Under the pieces are notes generated by a model. That model made no database searches. It was not told the origin of the DNA and saw nothing but the letters and a program-made list of their open reading frames with translations. 64,000 nt of DNA from Auanema rhodensis. Taxonomy: Eukaryota; Animalia; Nematoda. A program made the position numbers and the translations under genes. Positions 31,843 through 46,164 of the stretch are shown one piece after another. Positions within the stretch are counted from its first letter, which is position 1. Every line of letters starts with the position of its first letter. The DNA lies in assembly GCA_964057225.1 (NCBI GenBank), contig OZ059894.1:17050001-17114000 (forward strand). Reading direction: 5' to 3'.

Positions 31843-33001
31843 ATGGAATCAGACGGCCGACTCAAGGCCTACAAATTCGTCGCATATGCGGCCGTCAGCT
31901 TCTCCATCGTTGCTGTTCTTTCCGTCGTCTTGACCCTGCCCATGGTCTACAACTACGTAAGCCATGTTCGCAGACAGATGCAACACGAAATCTCCTTCTG
32001 CAAGGTAAAATATTCTCTATTATATTTTTTCTTTATTTTTTACCCTTCACACTAAATTTTATATATTTTTCTTCTTTGAAATTTTTGCACACAAAGTTTT
32101 CCATCATTCGATTTTTAATTAAGACAATAGAAAAATATTTTATCTAATCCCAATCAATCATATAAAATACTGTTATATATATTTTCCTTTTGTAGGGCTC
32201 AGCCAAAGACATTTTTGCTGAAGTCAACTACATGAAGGGTCATGCTTCCGGTCCATCTGCCCCAGCCAACCGTACTGCTCGTCAATCTGGATACGGAGGA
32301 CCAGAAGTTAACCCATCTCCAAACCTTCAATGCGAAGGATGTTGCCTCCCAGGACCTCCAGGACCAGCTGGAACCCCAGGAAAGCCAGGAAAGCCAGGAC
32401 GTCCAGGAGCTCCAGGAACCCCAGGAATCCCAGGAAAGCCACCTACTGCCCCATGTGAGCCAACCACTCCACCACCATGCAAGCCATGCCCACAAGGACC
32501 ACCAGGACCACCAGGACCACCAGGATCCCCAGGAGACCCAGGAGAGGCCGGAACCCCAGGACGCCCAGGAAATGACGGAACCGCCGGACTTCCAGGACCA
32601 CGTGGACCCCCAGGACCACCAGGAGAGCCAGGACAGCCAGGACCACCAGGAGACTCCGGAGCCCCAGCCCAGAGCGAGCCACTTACCCCAGGAGCCCCAG
32701 GAGAACCAGGAGATGCTGGTACGCAACTTAATCACTTCAAAATTATGATTATGCTAACCCTCTCTGTTTTTTAGGACCACCAGGACCACCAGGACCACCA
32801 GGATCCCCAGGAAACGACGGACCACCAGGACCACCAGGACCAAAGGGAGGCCCAGGACCAGACGGACCAGCTGGAGTCGACGGACAAGCTGGACCACCAG
32901 GACCACCAGGACCACAGGGAACCCCAGGAGAGAAGGGAATCTGTCCAAAATATTGCGCTATCGATGGTGGAGTCTTCTTCGAGGACGGAACTCGTCGTTA
33001 A
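31843..33001 (+). CDS. sqt-3: Cuticle collagen (SQT-3/COL-1 type); exons 31843-32004, 32196-32718, 32775-33001
   Basis: N-terminus [18 protein letters not shown]...[21 protein letters not shown] cleavage site [15 protein letters not shown], Gly-X-Y repeats, and C-terminus [19 protein letters not shown]. This is near-identical to my recollection of C. elegans SQT-3. Confidence 0.93.
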
Positions 33002-34405
33002 ACAGCCATATTTCGGTAAATGGAATGAGCTCATTCCCTACAAGAGACTTAACTCTAACGATAATTTATTTTTATTTGTTCAATTCTTTTTCGCATACAT
33101 TGCTCATCATATTTCTGTGCAATAACAGTCATAATAAACCTGTTGAACGGATTCGCTTCTTATTATTATATTCTTCTGAAACTATCCAATAACATAAGAC
33201 AGCTCAGCCAATACATGCTCTTCTTTTCTTAAAATTCTTCATTCCAAAAGTGCAACACCAAAACTTGAAAATATGATTTCGTTACAAACACTGAAGCAAA
33301 CTTTTTTCCTTTTATCCAAGCTTTTTAAATCCGACAGAAATTCTCTACTAATAAATAAACAGGAACTTGAAATGGAGATATCTTCAAATGGTCGGTAACT
33401 TATAATTTTAATCTAATTAATCTTTGCTTAATCATATATTTATCTTTTCTCTTCAATATCTTCAAGATAGGAAGAATCATTCCTTGAAAAATAAAATCCG
33501 ATATAAAAAAGGAAGTTGAAACACGCTTTGTTCGTTATCAGCAGTGGACAGGAAAACGCTGTTAAAAATTTTTCGCGAACTCCTTTCAGTTTCCCTTTTC
33601 TCACTTTGACCGCTTTCTTCTATTCATGAAATCGTGGTATAGCGTAATGAGTTTACAAACAGCCAGATAACCAATAGAATAATTCTCCTTCTGCGATACT
33701 ACTTCTAGGCTTATATCCCGCCCGGATCCTATACAATTATTCAATTAAGGTAAACGTTTGGGTATCTTCATTCTACGAACACGCAAGCATCATGAACTAC
33801 ATATACTGTTCATGTGTATCTGTTCGAAAGACGAAAGATTGATCCCATGAAACTATTAACAAAGGATAGAACGAATTTAGAAGGTATCATCTGAAAAATT
33901 ATTCGGGCTGGTTATCAACCTGTTCTAAGAATGTGACGAAGCACAACAGGAACTGCTTCTCCAAATTTTTTCTTGAACTTTGGTACTAGTCTATTTTGTG
34001 AAAAAAAAATTGAAACGTATAATGATAGAAAATTATAAAATGAAATAAGTAACACAATTTTCAAATACAATTCATCGCTATTTACATCTTTCGCTCATTT
34101 AATGAATCGCAGCAGAATGATAAACAGAACCTTCAGCTGAAAAACAATCGCTCTTCTTGAAAGATTACAAGAAATGAAAACTAATTTAAACTTGCGTTGA
34201 ATCAAATAAGCGATACCATTCTTCGAATGTTCAATATCGCAATATTTTAAGAATAAAATCTGCCTTCAAATTTTTATACTGCTCCATATAAACTAGTTAA
34301 AAGATACAAAACCCGATAAAACTATTTTTTTTAATTATAATACTCATTTGAACCAGTAAGAATTATGGCAAGTTGCTGCAGTTTTTCTAATATAAAGTCT
34401 CCATT

Positions 34406-36290
34406 TTAAATTTTGAATCTATTAGCTGCTTCAGAAGCGATCATCTTAGCAATTGCTAAGCTACTTGTAGCACCAGGTGAAGGAGCATTGCGAACATGCA
34501 TAACACGAGATGAGAGCTGAAATCACTTTATAAATTATAGTAAATAGAGTATACGAACTTCTCCTTTTCCACTGTCAAAGACAAAATCGTCGACAAGATT
34601 GCCCTCGCTGTCCATAGCTTGGGCACGAACCCCAGCAGGGCCCCTATAAAAACTTAAGACAAAATTTTTAAAATATCAAATACCTGGTTACATCACTAAA
34701 CTTGAGTTCAGGAATAAACCGTTGAAGCTGTTTCACCTAAAAATCATAATAAGAAAAACTTCATTAAGGAATTTAACCTGCGCTTGAATCCAAATGCCAC
34801 GATACATTTCAGACATACCGAAAGTGAAATATTTTCCTACGAGCTTATGCATTCCACTTAAACGTTAAGTATTAACAAGAAATAATAAATAAAATACCTG
34901 TATGAAAGGGCATCATATAAATCTTTAATGGAAACATCGAAATAAGAATATCCCTCACGTTTATAGGCAAGTACTGCGTTTGGTCCGAGCCAAATATCAC
35001 CGTTCATTCGTGGAGTAAAGTGAACCCCCAAAAAAGGGAATCTGGGATCAGGAACCTGTATAATTAAAATTGTAAAATTAATATATTCAATCACGTACTG
35101 GATAGATATTAGTATTAACCAGATGACATTTATCTCTTTTGAGTAGAAGATATTCGCCTCTTAAAAGAACTGAGATCAATAAAACTAAAATAACGTTATT
35201 ACCGGAAAGGAACGATTTTTGGATCTGAACTACATCCACTGAGTTGGGCTACTCTATCGGCTTGTAATCCAGCACAAGCAATTAGCATTTTAGCATGAAC
35301 GTTCGCCTTGAAGCATCAAAAAATTTACGTTTTTCTATTTTTTTTTTACTAATTTATCCGATGTTAATCGTATAGGATATTTAGGGTCGCCGGAATTTTC
35401 AATAGAATTTACTGGATACTTCAAGAAAACCTAAATATCTAGGTAAAGTTTATAGTGACTGTCAAAATTTTACGGAGCCTCCTCGTTTCTCGAAATCCTC
35501 AGCAAAATGTTTGCAAACATACCCCCAATCAACAATTCCAGTATGGGGTGACCACAATGCTTTTAAACCCTAGAAAAATAACTTAACAGTGCTGATTCAA
35601 ATTAGTCGACTGGACTTGGCAGTGTGGTTCATAGTTCTTTATTTCATGTCCTTCAATCATCTTTATGTCACGACAATTATTTTTCTGAGCTCTTTCAAAT
35701 AGTGCCTGAAATATTGGTCTATTATGTTCGCAAAAAAAAAAAACACCTCAAGCCGAGGCACTTCGATTGGTTCGACAGCTACTATTAGTTTTCCTGTTTT
35801 CTTATATGGTATATTGTTTTCATCAAAGAACTTATAAGCAAGTTCCATACCTAAAGTTATCAAAACTTATGAATTAAATACTACATACATACCCTCGACA
35901 CATAATTTAGCTTTAAGGGATCCAGGGGTATAATAAATTCCAGCATGTATAACTCCACTGTTGTGTCCAGTTTGATGAGAAGCTAGATAATATGATATGA
36001 GCAGCTTCGCGTATTTTATAACTACCAAGTTTTTCCTCCTTCTCTAATACAGCAATCTTCAAGTTCGGATGATTGATTTGGAGTTGACGAGCTGTGGCAC
36101 ACCCAACTATGCCTCCACCAACAATAATTAGATCATATTCATGAGATTTGCTTTAATAATTCAGATAATTCCATTTTCAAGTTAATCCTTTGGTAACTTA
36201 CGATGTATGGTTAGGGAAATTTGAGATAGATCTACTAATAGTTGTTCCATGTCCTAATACTTTTGTTGCTCCAAAACACCGAGACAACAT
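34406..36290 (-). CDS. L2HGDH: L-2-hydroxyglutarate dehydrogenase, mitochondrial FAD enzyme
   Basis: Spliced minus-strand translation gives [57 protein letters not shown] and [17 protein letters not shown]. All introns are GT-AG. Confidence 0.95.
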
Positions 36291-36640
36291 TTTCTATAAG
36301 GTAATATTTATTTAGCTATAATAGACTAATCATATAAAGATATTCTGGAGCAACTGTTACAATGTCGTTTACTTATTGATATGAAGTTAGTTTGGAAAAT
36401 ATTGATTTTAGCTCCAGTTGGTGGTTAAAAGTTAATACACTACAAATGCAATGTTCAAAAGATCACACACCATTCTTCTTGCTTAAAAATATTTACAACA
36501 TACGTAACATCCCGCTTTGATGAAAATATCTTGGTTCAATTCGTTTTAAATTAATATAATTGTTTTCATTAAGTACGCATGGATTTAGCTTACACACTTT
36601 CAGTATTTGTTTAAAAAAAAGTCTTGAACTGTTTTAGGTG

Positions 36641-37077
36641 ATGTATTCCGTGAGCAGACTTATTCCACGAGTTTATACTGGTTTTTGTCGAGCACAGGCT
36701 ACATATTCCACTAAAAACGATGGACTAGAAGTTAGAAGGTGAAACTCTTGATACTAGCTAACGTTATATAGTTGTTTTCAGAGCAAAACTTTTGTATCAA
36801 AGCAAGAAGAGAGGAATTTTAGAGAATGATATTATACTAGGAGATTTCGCTGAGAAAAACCTCCAGAACATGGACAAGGCTGCTTTAGATGATTATGATA
36901 AGGTAAGTAATCAGATTATACAGTAATCCTTTTTTTTTTCAGCTGATCAATGGGGATCACATGGAATGGGACTTGTTTTATTACCTCAGTGGGAAGAAAT
37001 CACCGCCTGAAGATTTAGCAAGCTCTTCAATGTTCCAACAAATGAAAGCATTTGTAGATAAGAAAAGGGGATTGTAA
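36641..37077 (+). CDS. SDHAF2: Succinate dehydrogenase assembly factor 2 (Sdh5), 3 exons; not in the ORF track
   Basis: ATG lies 4 nt after a TTTTAG acceptor. Translation: MYSVSRLIPRV...RRAKLLYQSKKRGILENDIILGDFA...YDKLINGDHMEWDLFYYL...KRGL*. It carries the Sdh5 signature LLYQSxKRGxLEND. Confidence 0.93.
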
Positions 37078-37708
37078 AATTTTTGGTAAATTTATAGGAA
37101 AATCTATATATATAAATATATTATTTCGAATTTTTCTTAATTGAATTATTTTTGTGTGCATGTGAACAGAAAATGACAGGAAAGACTCAAAAGTTTGTTA
37201 GCTGATAGCGCGTTATCTTTTAGCTGACTTTTCTCCTCCACTCTTATGTAAATCACCATTTATGATCAATTTTCAGAATTATCACTTCTTTTTTTAACGC
37301 CAAGCTGGAAAGAACAGTTTGCACTTTGTTAGTTAATTTGTTTAACCAGCTGTAGCTTATTATAGGAGGGTTTAATTTGGTCATTCTGAAACTTATGAAC
37401 ATTTAAACTGATCTATAGACTTTATTACTTTTCCTTTCTACTTCGTAATATGAGCATATTTCATGGCAAGAACTGTTGAAAAATAATTTCACCATCCGGA
37501 ATTCCTGTGTTATCTTAAGCCGGGCTGATTCTTAGTTTCTCTTTTCCTTAACCATTTTGCTGAATCATCTTATCCCGAAATTCCAGCTCAAATGTTAAAA
37601 TTCTTATCATTGCTTTTACTTTTTCAAAGATTTTGAAGAAAGCGGAATTATTATATATTCTTTTTTCTGTTAGAAAACAACTCAAATTTGCTGATCACAT
37701 TTCACGTA

Positions 37709-39581
37709 ATGAAGATCCTATTCGGATTTTTCACCGTGTTACTGTGGACAAATGTTCAATCAGTTACTAATATTCATCAAAGCTATTCTGCCGAATCAGG
37801 AATAATGTATTCCCCTAATTACCCATCCAATTATGATAATGGGCAGAACTATATTATGTCTATTAAGGTAATGATTTTCAATTTTTTGAAATATTTAAAA
37901 TGTGAATATGCTCATAAGTAGTAATAGACAAATTTATTATTCACATCACCGTCCTAAAGTTAAAACAACCACTAAAAGAAGACAATTTTTTGAAAAGAAA
38001 TCGGCTTGAATTTTCTTCGTTTCTTTCATATGTGGTCTTATCGCGTTTTTGGAGGTAGCGTTTTTCTGATTGACGTAGAGTAGGTATAAAATGCTTGTTG
38101 CTTTTTAAAACATAACAACGAAATAAATTTTTTCTAGCATAACTTTTTCTATTTAGATGGCTTGTCTCTGTTATAAACGAAAGAAAGGGGCTTTAAAAGA
38201 TTGAAACAGATATGTTTTATGTTTTGTCTAATACTCAGTTGGTTCATATTTGAACTCTGAAAATCCATTCAAATTGTATCAATAACTTCTAAAGTGTTAA
38301 AAGAAGTTGGAGCCATCATGTCTTGCTTGATAATTTTAGATAGTTTCACAGAAAACAAAGATAAGGATTTGATATCATATGACGTATATGTAGCTCTTTC
38401 AGATCGGGAAGATTGCATTTTTTTACATAAGAAATGACGATTAATAATTTAAGTCGTAGAAGTATTTTTATTTCTAAGCATGTTGGACATTTTGATCTTA
38501 ACATCAATGTCACATCGTTCCATTTTGAATGGTTTTTTGATTATATGTAAGGCATTAATCATTGTGAGAAATCGGGAAATTATTGTAGTCACTTAGAACA
38601 GCTTATATAAAATATATTCTGACACACGTAATATTAATCTATGTGATTCATCATCAAATTGAATTTTTTATATGGCATATGCTAATTAAATAAGCAAATA
38701 TGACATCGTTTCTTTTTTTGAAACTGTATTAAGCCGTTGCATAAAAGAAATAAAAAAGTGATTCGAAACATTCTCATTTTTTCTTTTCAGGTAAGACCTG
38801 GCTATTATGTGTTACTGACTTTTTTGGATTTTGAAACGGAAGATTGCTGTGACAGATTATATATTTGGGATGGAGACAGTATTAATGCAGTAAATATAGC
38901 AAAGTTGGCCGTTTAAGTTTCAGGAACAACATTTGATTTAATTTTTTAGTGTTTCTGGAATCCAAACTGGACGTAAATTTTCTTCTACTGGTAGCTCTAT
39001 GACTCTTCTTTTTTATTCTGATCTGATGTATACCTATCGTGGTTTCGCAATTAAGTATGAACAAATCAAAGGTGAAACTTGAGTATTACAATCTTTAGCG
39101 AATATTAAATTGTGTTTTCAGTTAATAGTAGAATAGAAGCTTCTAATGCATGCGCACCCAACATCATTACTAATGTAGCAGGTTTCCTAACATCGCCTAA
39201 CTGGCCAGGAAATTATCCCAACAATGTTTCATGTTCGTATAAATTGACAAGTTCGAAAAACAAGTATTAGACAATCTAAAGTTAATAATATACATATTAT
39301 TATTTTAGAGTAATGATAACCTTTGTTTCTTTCCAAACAGAAGATTGTTGCGATAAGGTTTACATTTATGACGGATCCAGTGTAGATGCTCCAACCTTGG
39401 CTGTGTTAGTTTATGATAATTTGAATTTCAACATTCATAAAGAATATTTAGATTATCCGGTAATCTATCGTCATCCAATACAACATTTGTCTCCAGTGGA
39501 AAGGATATGTTCATATTCTTTAGCTCCGATTTCACTAATAACGCAATGGGATTCTCTGCGTTTTATTTATCAGTTGCATGA
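37709..39581 (+). CDS. Secreted protein with two CUB domains
   Basis: Signal peptide MKILFGFFTVLLWTNVQS. CUB motifs SPNYPSNY / FETEDCCDRLYIWDG / FYSD..RGF and SPNWPGNYPNN / FQTEDCCDKVYIYDG / FSSD..GF. TGA at 39579-39581. Confidence 0.88.
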
Positions 39582-39697
39582 ATTTCATTTGTAGCGATAT
39601 CAGTGAAATGAAAGTATGAAACATTTATTTATATCTTTAAATACAATATTCATATATCCACGTCATTTTCCTCATTGACAGTATATTAAGCCATTTT

Positions 39698-40782
39698 TCA
39701 AAGATTTTTGCTGAAGAACTGGTAGGTACCGTCTTTACCCTCACAACTGAAAGAGGAAATAATTTTTAATCTCATTATTTTTATAATCTCACTGATAAGA
39801 CTTGGTACCCTGAACAACTTTTCCGTTGAGTGGAATAACAGATGCAACTTCATCGACCTGTAATTAATAGTTTATTGAACTTGAATTTGTGAAAAATATG
39901 TTTTGTGCTCTTTGTTACCTTGCATCCAGTAATGCTCTGAATTCCATCTACACATTTTTTTTGGAAATGACCTTTCTCAATCCATTCTTCTCCTACAGTT
40001 TGAGTAAATTCAATATGATGTGGAAACATAGCGGATTCTTTAGTAACTCAAAAAACTGACCGTTATTCCTCTTATTTCCTTCGCTGTCACGGCAAGATCC
40101 CTCTCCTTTTACTGGACCAACAGAAACTTTACCATCGGGGTGTTCATAACATCCAAGAGTAATACCGTTAAACTTGAAAATATTTTGCATTTGATATTAA
40201 TTTATTAAATATTGAAATTACATCTCGGGTGGCATTGGCTGGCACATTTCCTAAGGAAGTGATGCATTCAGTCAACGATACTTTTCCTTTGCTCTCACAT
40301 GTAAAAGTAAAGGACCCCTTAGTCCATACCGATCCTGGAACCGTTAACATTGTCTTTCACAATAACTTGAGATAAGTTCATACCATATGGGTGGCCACCT
40401 GGGCAATCAGCTTTCTCTGGGATGCTCTGACGCAAGCTGATAGATCCAGGACTAGATTCGGAGCAAATCCATTCAACGTTATCAACGATGTTGGTTTTGT
40501 TAACTTCGACCTATTCAACATATCAATTTTGTGGTTTAAAACAACTTCCTACTTTTTGCCCGTTTGGTGTAATGCAAGCCTTAACTTCAAGCTTCCAAGC
40601 ACCATTGTCTTCTATTATACAAGTCATAAGAAAAGCATTGTTTTCCGTCTATAATCATAAAACAACTTGAGATTTATTATTTGAAATGTTACCCATTCAT
40701 CACCGTTTTTGTACGATTGTCCTCTGTGTTGGCATCCGAAAACGGAAGCAACAGCAATGAGAGATAGAAAAACGAACTTCAT
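39698..40782 (-). CDS. Secreted Cys-rich protein with three MIG-18-like (fibronectin type I-like) repeats
   Basis: Signal peptide MKFVFLSLIAVASVFGC, followed by repeated units G(D/S/E)xW...F..C......C (YKNGDEW..AFLMTC..KACITPNG; HPYGSVW..FTFTC..ECIT; NNGEEW..FQKKC..TGC). The reconstruction has 8 GT-AG exons. The family call is from motif recollection. Confidence 0.8.
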
Positions 40783-41372
40783 GCTGAAAAAAGAACTATA
40801 AGAGAGAACACACAAATTAGCCATTAATAAACACGAGAAGCACAAGGTTCTCTTAAGTCACAACTGTTTTTAATCTTTGGACAGTTCTGTTAAACTTATT
40901 AACAAAGAAGCTAACACAGTAGAGACTCAAACAAAACAAACGAAAAGCTCTCAACACATAAGCTGCTACATTGATATGCTCTAGAAATATTTCTAGCAGG
41001 CGATTCTTGATATGCTTGATGTTTGAAAGGCGGAGTTTGAGATGGATGATCAACAGTTGGTATAAGATATGTCGGGAAAAACAAAACAATGTAACAACGA
41101 TTTTCTATCTTTATCAGATCAAGCCAATTTGAGTTTACAAGAACACATTCTCCCGCAGTTAAAGTTCACGCGTATTTAAAAACGGGGAACTAATACATCA
41201 ACAGAATGATAACAAAGCTGTGGAAAAAAAGCAGTGATAGTACAGGCGTTAAGCTTAGTAGAAGCAGAATTTAAAATAAAATATCAATAAAAAGACTATA
41301 TTCACAAACGTTAAAACTCGAATATACATTAAATATAATTCACAGCTATTATTACAGAGTACAGTAACGATT

Positions 41373-43815
41373 TCAGCTTAATAGCTTCATACGAATCTCG
41401 CAGAAAGGCTCTGATTGTTGGACTTCAATCTTTCTTTCTTTCAATAGTTCTGCAAAATTTCAATTATTCATCATACGAAGCTAGTTGAAAAAACCTAAAA
41501 CACTTTGGAATGCGGCAGCTGCGGTTTTTCTTGAAGTGTTTCGGGCAGGAAACAGAGTTGAAAAAAATACACAGTCAGGTCCGACCTCATAGAGAACTCT
41601 GAATTAAAAAACGTGAGCTGAAAAAATATCATACTTACGTAATAATTCTATCTTTAGCAGTACGCCCGATTTTACTTCCGAAGAGTAACGACGTCTGGCG
41701 AATTGGAGTTCTAAATCACTACTAGATAATAAAACAAAGTTCAAAACATACATTAGAACACTGGTATTGGTGTTGTCGAATTTTTGCGATTCATTCCAGA
41801 CTAAAAATTCTGTTGTATTGATAATTTGAGCTAAAAACATACTGTTAACATTACGAGAAATTTCTAAAGGGGTCATGGAATGATCCACAGGACCTTTACT
41901 CTGTTCCTGAATTGTTTGGATGTTTATAGCATTTCTAAATAGATATATGTATTATAAAATCGCAAGCTGATTTCAGTTACGGCTCCGGTGTCTCTCTTGC
42001 AAAGCAATATCCAGGAGACCGCATACTTTGAGAATTGATAACATTTTTTTGACTTTCCTAAATAGTTTTCAAGATTAGAATATTAAATAGAATCAAACCG
42101 GGTATTTTTGTGATGATTCAAAACGCCAAAAACTCTGAGATTTCCCTCTCTCTATATCTGACAAATGGTTAGTTTCATTAGATTCAAAAAACGTCCCAGG
42201 ATTTTGTATTCTCGAATTGAAGAACTTGGTTAAGAAGGAATCTGAAATATAGAACTACACACATATCAAGTGGTTCAGAATTACTTTTCGGATACCAAGG
42301 AGGAACTACATTAAGTAGCTCTTCCGTACTCATAACAGATTTAGTTATTTTGGCTTTTGAAGGATTTGATATAGTGTCAGCGTAGTTATTGATATACTCA
42401 CGCATCTCGCTCTGAAACCTAAATAAATAAAAAAAGGCAAATTACTCTAGTTTGCCTTTGTCAATTGCGTGTCTTCATCCACAATCAGCTGCCTTTTCCT
42501 TTTCACCGGCTGTCCGGACCGTCTTCGCTTGATTTGAATGGAGGACAATTCAAAATCACTGTTCGATTGCCCACTAGGTCTTCTTTTAGGTGTTTCACAT
42601 ATTGGCTTTATGATTGGAGAAGTATTCAGAGGAGATTCTTTTTCTCGGCTATTTCGGAAAGGTGTAAATATCTTCATCTTAAACATAAGAAATAAGATGA
42701 AAGTGTTTAACGGCAGCATACTGGTTCGAAGTCTAAATCAATTGGGTTATTTTGAATCATAGCTCCTTCTTGATTAGTTGGAAGCTCGATAAGCATGTTT
42801 TCATTTGACGTTTTTTCACTACTCACTTGAGCAGTAATTTCTTGAGAGTTAATACTTGATAAAGAACTATTAAAAGTTGTTTTACTGAACAATGATATTT
42901 CATCGTTGATTAGCTATAATGAATCAATTTCTTAAAGTCCATGGCATTAAGTTATACCTGCTTTGCACTAGGTGTGCAGATATCTTTTAAGCATTCTTTG
43001 TTTTTTCTAGCAAATGCACACCAGTCTTCTCCAGAACTAAACACAAATTAAAAAATTGGCTACAAAACAATCATACAGATTATTCAGACTTTGATCATCA
43101 ATCGAATCAAAAATCAAGCGATCCTTATATTGGGTTTCCTTTAAAGTGATATCTTCCATTCTTGGTTTAGATATACCAAATAAAAGATCAGGTATATCTA
43201 ACTGTAAATAACAAAAAATCAATATATAGTAATTGGTAACTTCTTACTGCCTTATGGAAGGTTTCGTCCAGATTGAGCTCAAGTTCTTCCAGTACTTTAG
43301 TAGCTTTAAGCTTGCGTCCACGTTTTGGAATTCTAAAGATTGTAATTAAAACTCATCATTAATATCTGAAAGAAAAAAATACTTTGATGAAGCTGCTGAT
43401 GTTTTAATATTCTCAAAATTCGAAACACGGATGAAAGACTCATATGCTGTCTGCACATCGGCTGAACCTTTATATTTACAAATTACATTAAAAAAAAAAA
43501 ACCTTCCAGATAAATTAACTTTCTATCCAGTACTAACACCAGTCCATAAACTAGTTGTGATGTTATGTACAGAGAAATTTTTTTAGTTGTCCTATGTTTT
43601 TCTACCGATGGTATAAGCTTTTCTAATTCAATACTGAAAATTGTAATTATAATGTCGCAAATAATACTTTTGAATAACCATGCTGAACGAATATCATAAC
43701 AATCTATAGTGATTCTCGATAAATTTTCTATTTTTTTATTAGATCCGGTAGCCAAGAGCCATGGCACAGAAAACTGTCCTCCATTTCGTATTACAGTATC
43801 ATAATCAAAGCTCAT
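41373..43815 (-). CDS. Rad21/Rec8-family alpha-kleisin, probably meiotic (REC-8 or COH-3/4-like)
   Basis: N-terminal kleisin domain GQFSVPWLLATG...ISLYITSQLVYGLVLV, central KRKRQLIVDEDTQL motif, and C-terminal winged helix SRKTAAAAFQSVLELLKERKIEVQQSEPFCEI. Confidence 0.85.
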
Positions 43816-44847
43816 TTTCTGAAGAAGAAAAAATTTAATTAAAAAAAAAACCAAAAAAACTTCAAATAATTAGCCACGTTAACTAAGCGTCCTTTCCCTA
43901 CATTTAATTAATTTGAATAAATTTGAATAATTTTGTTTAGTGCCAGTCAGGACCATTTTTTAAAATATAATATAATAAGATGGAAAGCGTTAGCTCAAAG
44001 TATTTACAGCAATATTTTTTCCATTTCCACCTTATCCATCTATTCCGCACTTAAAAAATTAATACAATGAAAAATATGTATGAACAAGATCTAATTAGAG
44101 AAAATATTATCGTTGCTTTTTTTCCTTTCAAGGCAATTAATACTAGTCAACGACTTTCATCATCATAGTTACGTGTCTACTTTCACTACCTTCTAATTCT
44201 CCCGTGAACTCTTTTCACTGGTGAAAGTAGTTATTTAGTTTGGCGGATGAAGTAGGTCATCGTAAGTAAAAACCAACGAATTACGCTAAAACATGCTTGT
44301 TCTTATAGCATTGAAAGTTTAATGGTACAGAATTTAGAATTGCTTCTTATGTACCATTTCATACTTCTTTAAAATAACCAACCACTTCCAAAGAGAGAAT
44401 TAATAAAGTCATTTATTCCTTTTTTTGTTCCAAAAAACTACACATATTTTTGCTCTTCAATAGTTGTATGGCTTTTCTTCATAATTCTTTATCACTTTTA
44501 CACAGCTTTAGATGTGGGTCAATGATCAGGATTACATAACGTGTTATGATTTTCCTTTTCGTAGAATGTCATCGTATTTCTGACTAGCACGAGAGAACTA
44601 AAGCCATTTATGAGATGACCTCAATCGTGTACAATAAGCGAACATTGAAAGAGAAAGATTGAGAGTGAGAGTGAGAGTACCGGGGTCTGGGTCTAAATTC
44701 TGATTTGAAATGAGAGTGAAACTAGGCAATTGGGTCAATCCAACGTCCGTCGGCGGCTCCCTCCACCGTCACCTTCGTCTCTGCCTGAACTACCTTCACG
44801 TTCATCGCAATCCCTGTAGTCCCTTTCATCCACTCCCTTTCTTTCCG

Positions 44848-46164
44848 ATGACGACCATCAACGTGCAACCTCAGGTCAGCTCAAGCTTTAACGTTATTTT
44901 ATTATATTTTACTTGCTTTAATGATAAAAGTATGTAGGAAATTTTTAATAAGTTAGTTGCTCACCCGAGGCTTCTAGTTGTCTCGATATTCTTCTTTTGG
45001 ATACACATGTGTAAAATATGAAATATGCTTTGTTAAATCACCACTTTTCGCTTTCAGTAATAGTTGTTGAGAAATTTTAGTTGCAATTAGCCATCAAAAT
45101 TATTATTTTTTAATGTTTTTTATAATGATTTCATTTCAGTCGATTCCTTTGGATTTGTCTCCTTTTAATTTACCATCTCAAATTATTCCCTCTATATCAA
45201 ATTTTCATCCTGCCTTATACTCACTTGTTGAACTTCAAAAACAATATCAGGTACACCATTGTTTTAATTATTTTTAATATTATTTGTTTTCTTCAGACTT
45301 ATAATGTTGATAAGGCTTACTGTTCATCTGAACATAATAATAATCTTCCCCCAATTCAAGTATGATATATATTTTAATTTCACAGAATACGCTGTATTGT
45401 GCTTTACAGATAGATTCATCAGGATCATCTTCTTGTTCTAAGTCTGACAGTGATTCTATTGCATCACCTCCACATCGTAATAATGTCATAGTGAAAGCAG
45501 AGTTCAAACGAAAAAAAGTTTGAAGAATATCTACCATTTTCAAGCAGTTAATATTTTTAGGAGTTAGTTAAAGATAATGCTTATTGGGAAAGAAGAAAAA
45601 AAAACAATGACGCAGCTAAAAGAAGTCGTGATCATAGAAGAATGAAAGTAAGTTTTTATTATTACAGTCAATAATAATTTCATTGCTAGTATTATTTTCG
45701 TTGACTTTGTAACTTGGAATAATCATCTATTCTTGATATCAAATTAATTTATTATTTTATGATAAAACTACTCTTATCATGATTCGCATGTAAAATTAGT
45801 CTCTTCAGGAAGACGAAATAGCTTCTCGGGCTGCCTGTTTGGAACAAGATAATATTCGCTTACGGTCTGAATTAGAACAATTACGAAACGAAACTGAAGC
45901 TCTCAGAAATATTATTGTGAACACATCCGCAAGCCAACAACTTAATATTAAGGTTATTTTACTCATTTACTAAATTTTTATCTTCGCTGTCTCTAGGTTC
46001 CAGTGCCGATACGCCCTAACCCTACGATACCAACATCTACAAACCTCCTCACAACTATGCCATCAGTGATCACTTCTAGTAGTAGTGCTCAACATCCAAT
46101 ACAATATCCTGATTCTACACATAGAAGTACCGTTCTCGTAACTAATTATTCAATTTCTACGTAA
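44848..46164 (+). CDS. PAR/giant/CES-2-type bZIP transcription factor
   Basis: Spliced basic-zipper region [52 protein letters not shown], built from 7 GT-AG exons. The start exon (MTTINVQPQ) is less certain. Confidence 0.88.

Noticed and set aside
32199-33034. Long Trp/Ser-rich and Gln/Asp-rich ORFs overlapping the collagen
   Set aside because: These are shadow frames of the GGA-CCA-CCA collagen repeats.
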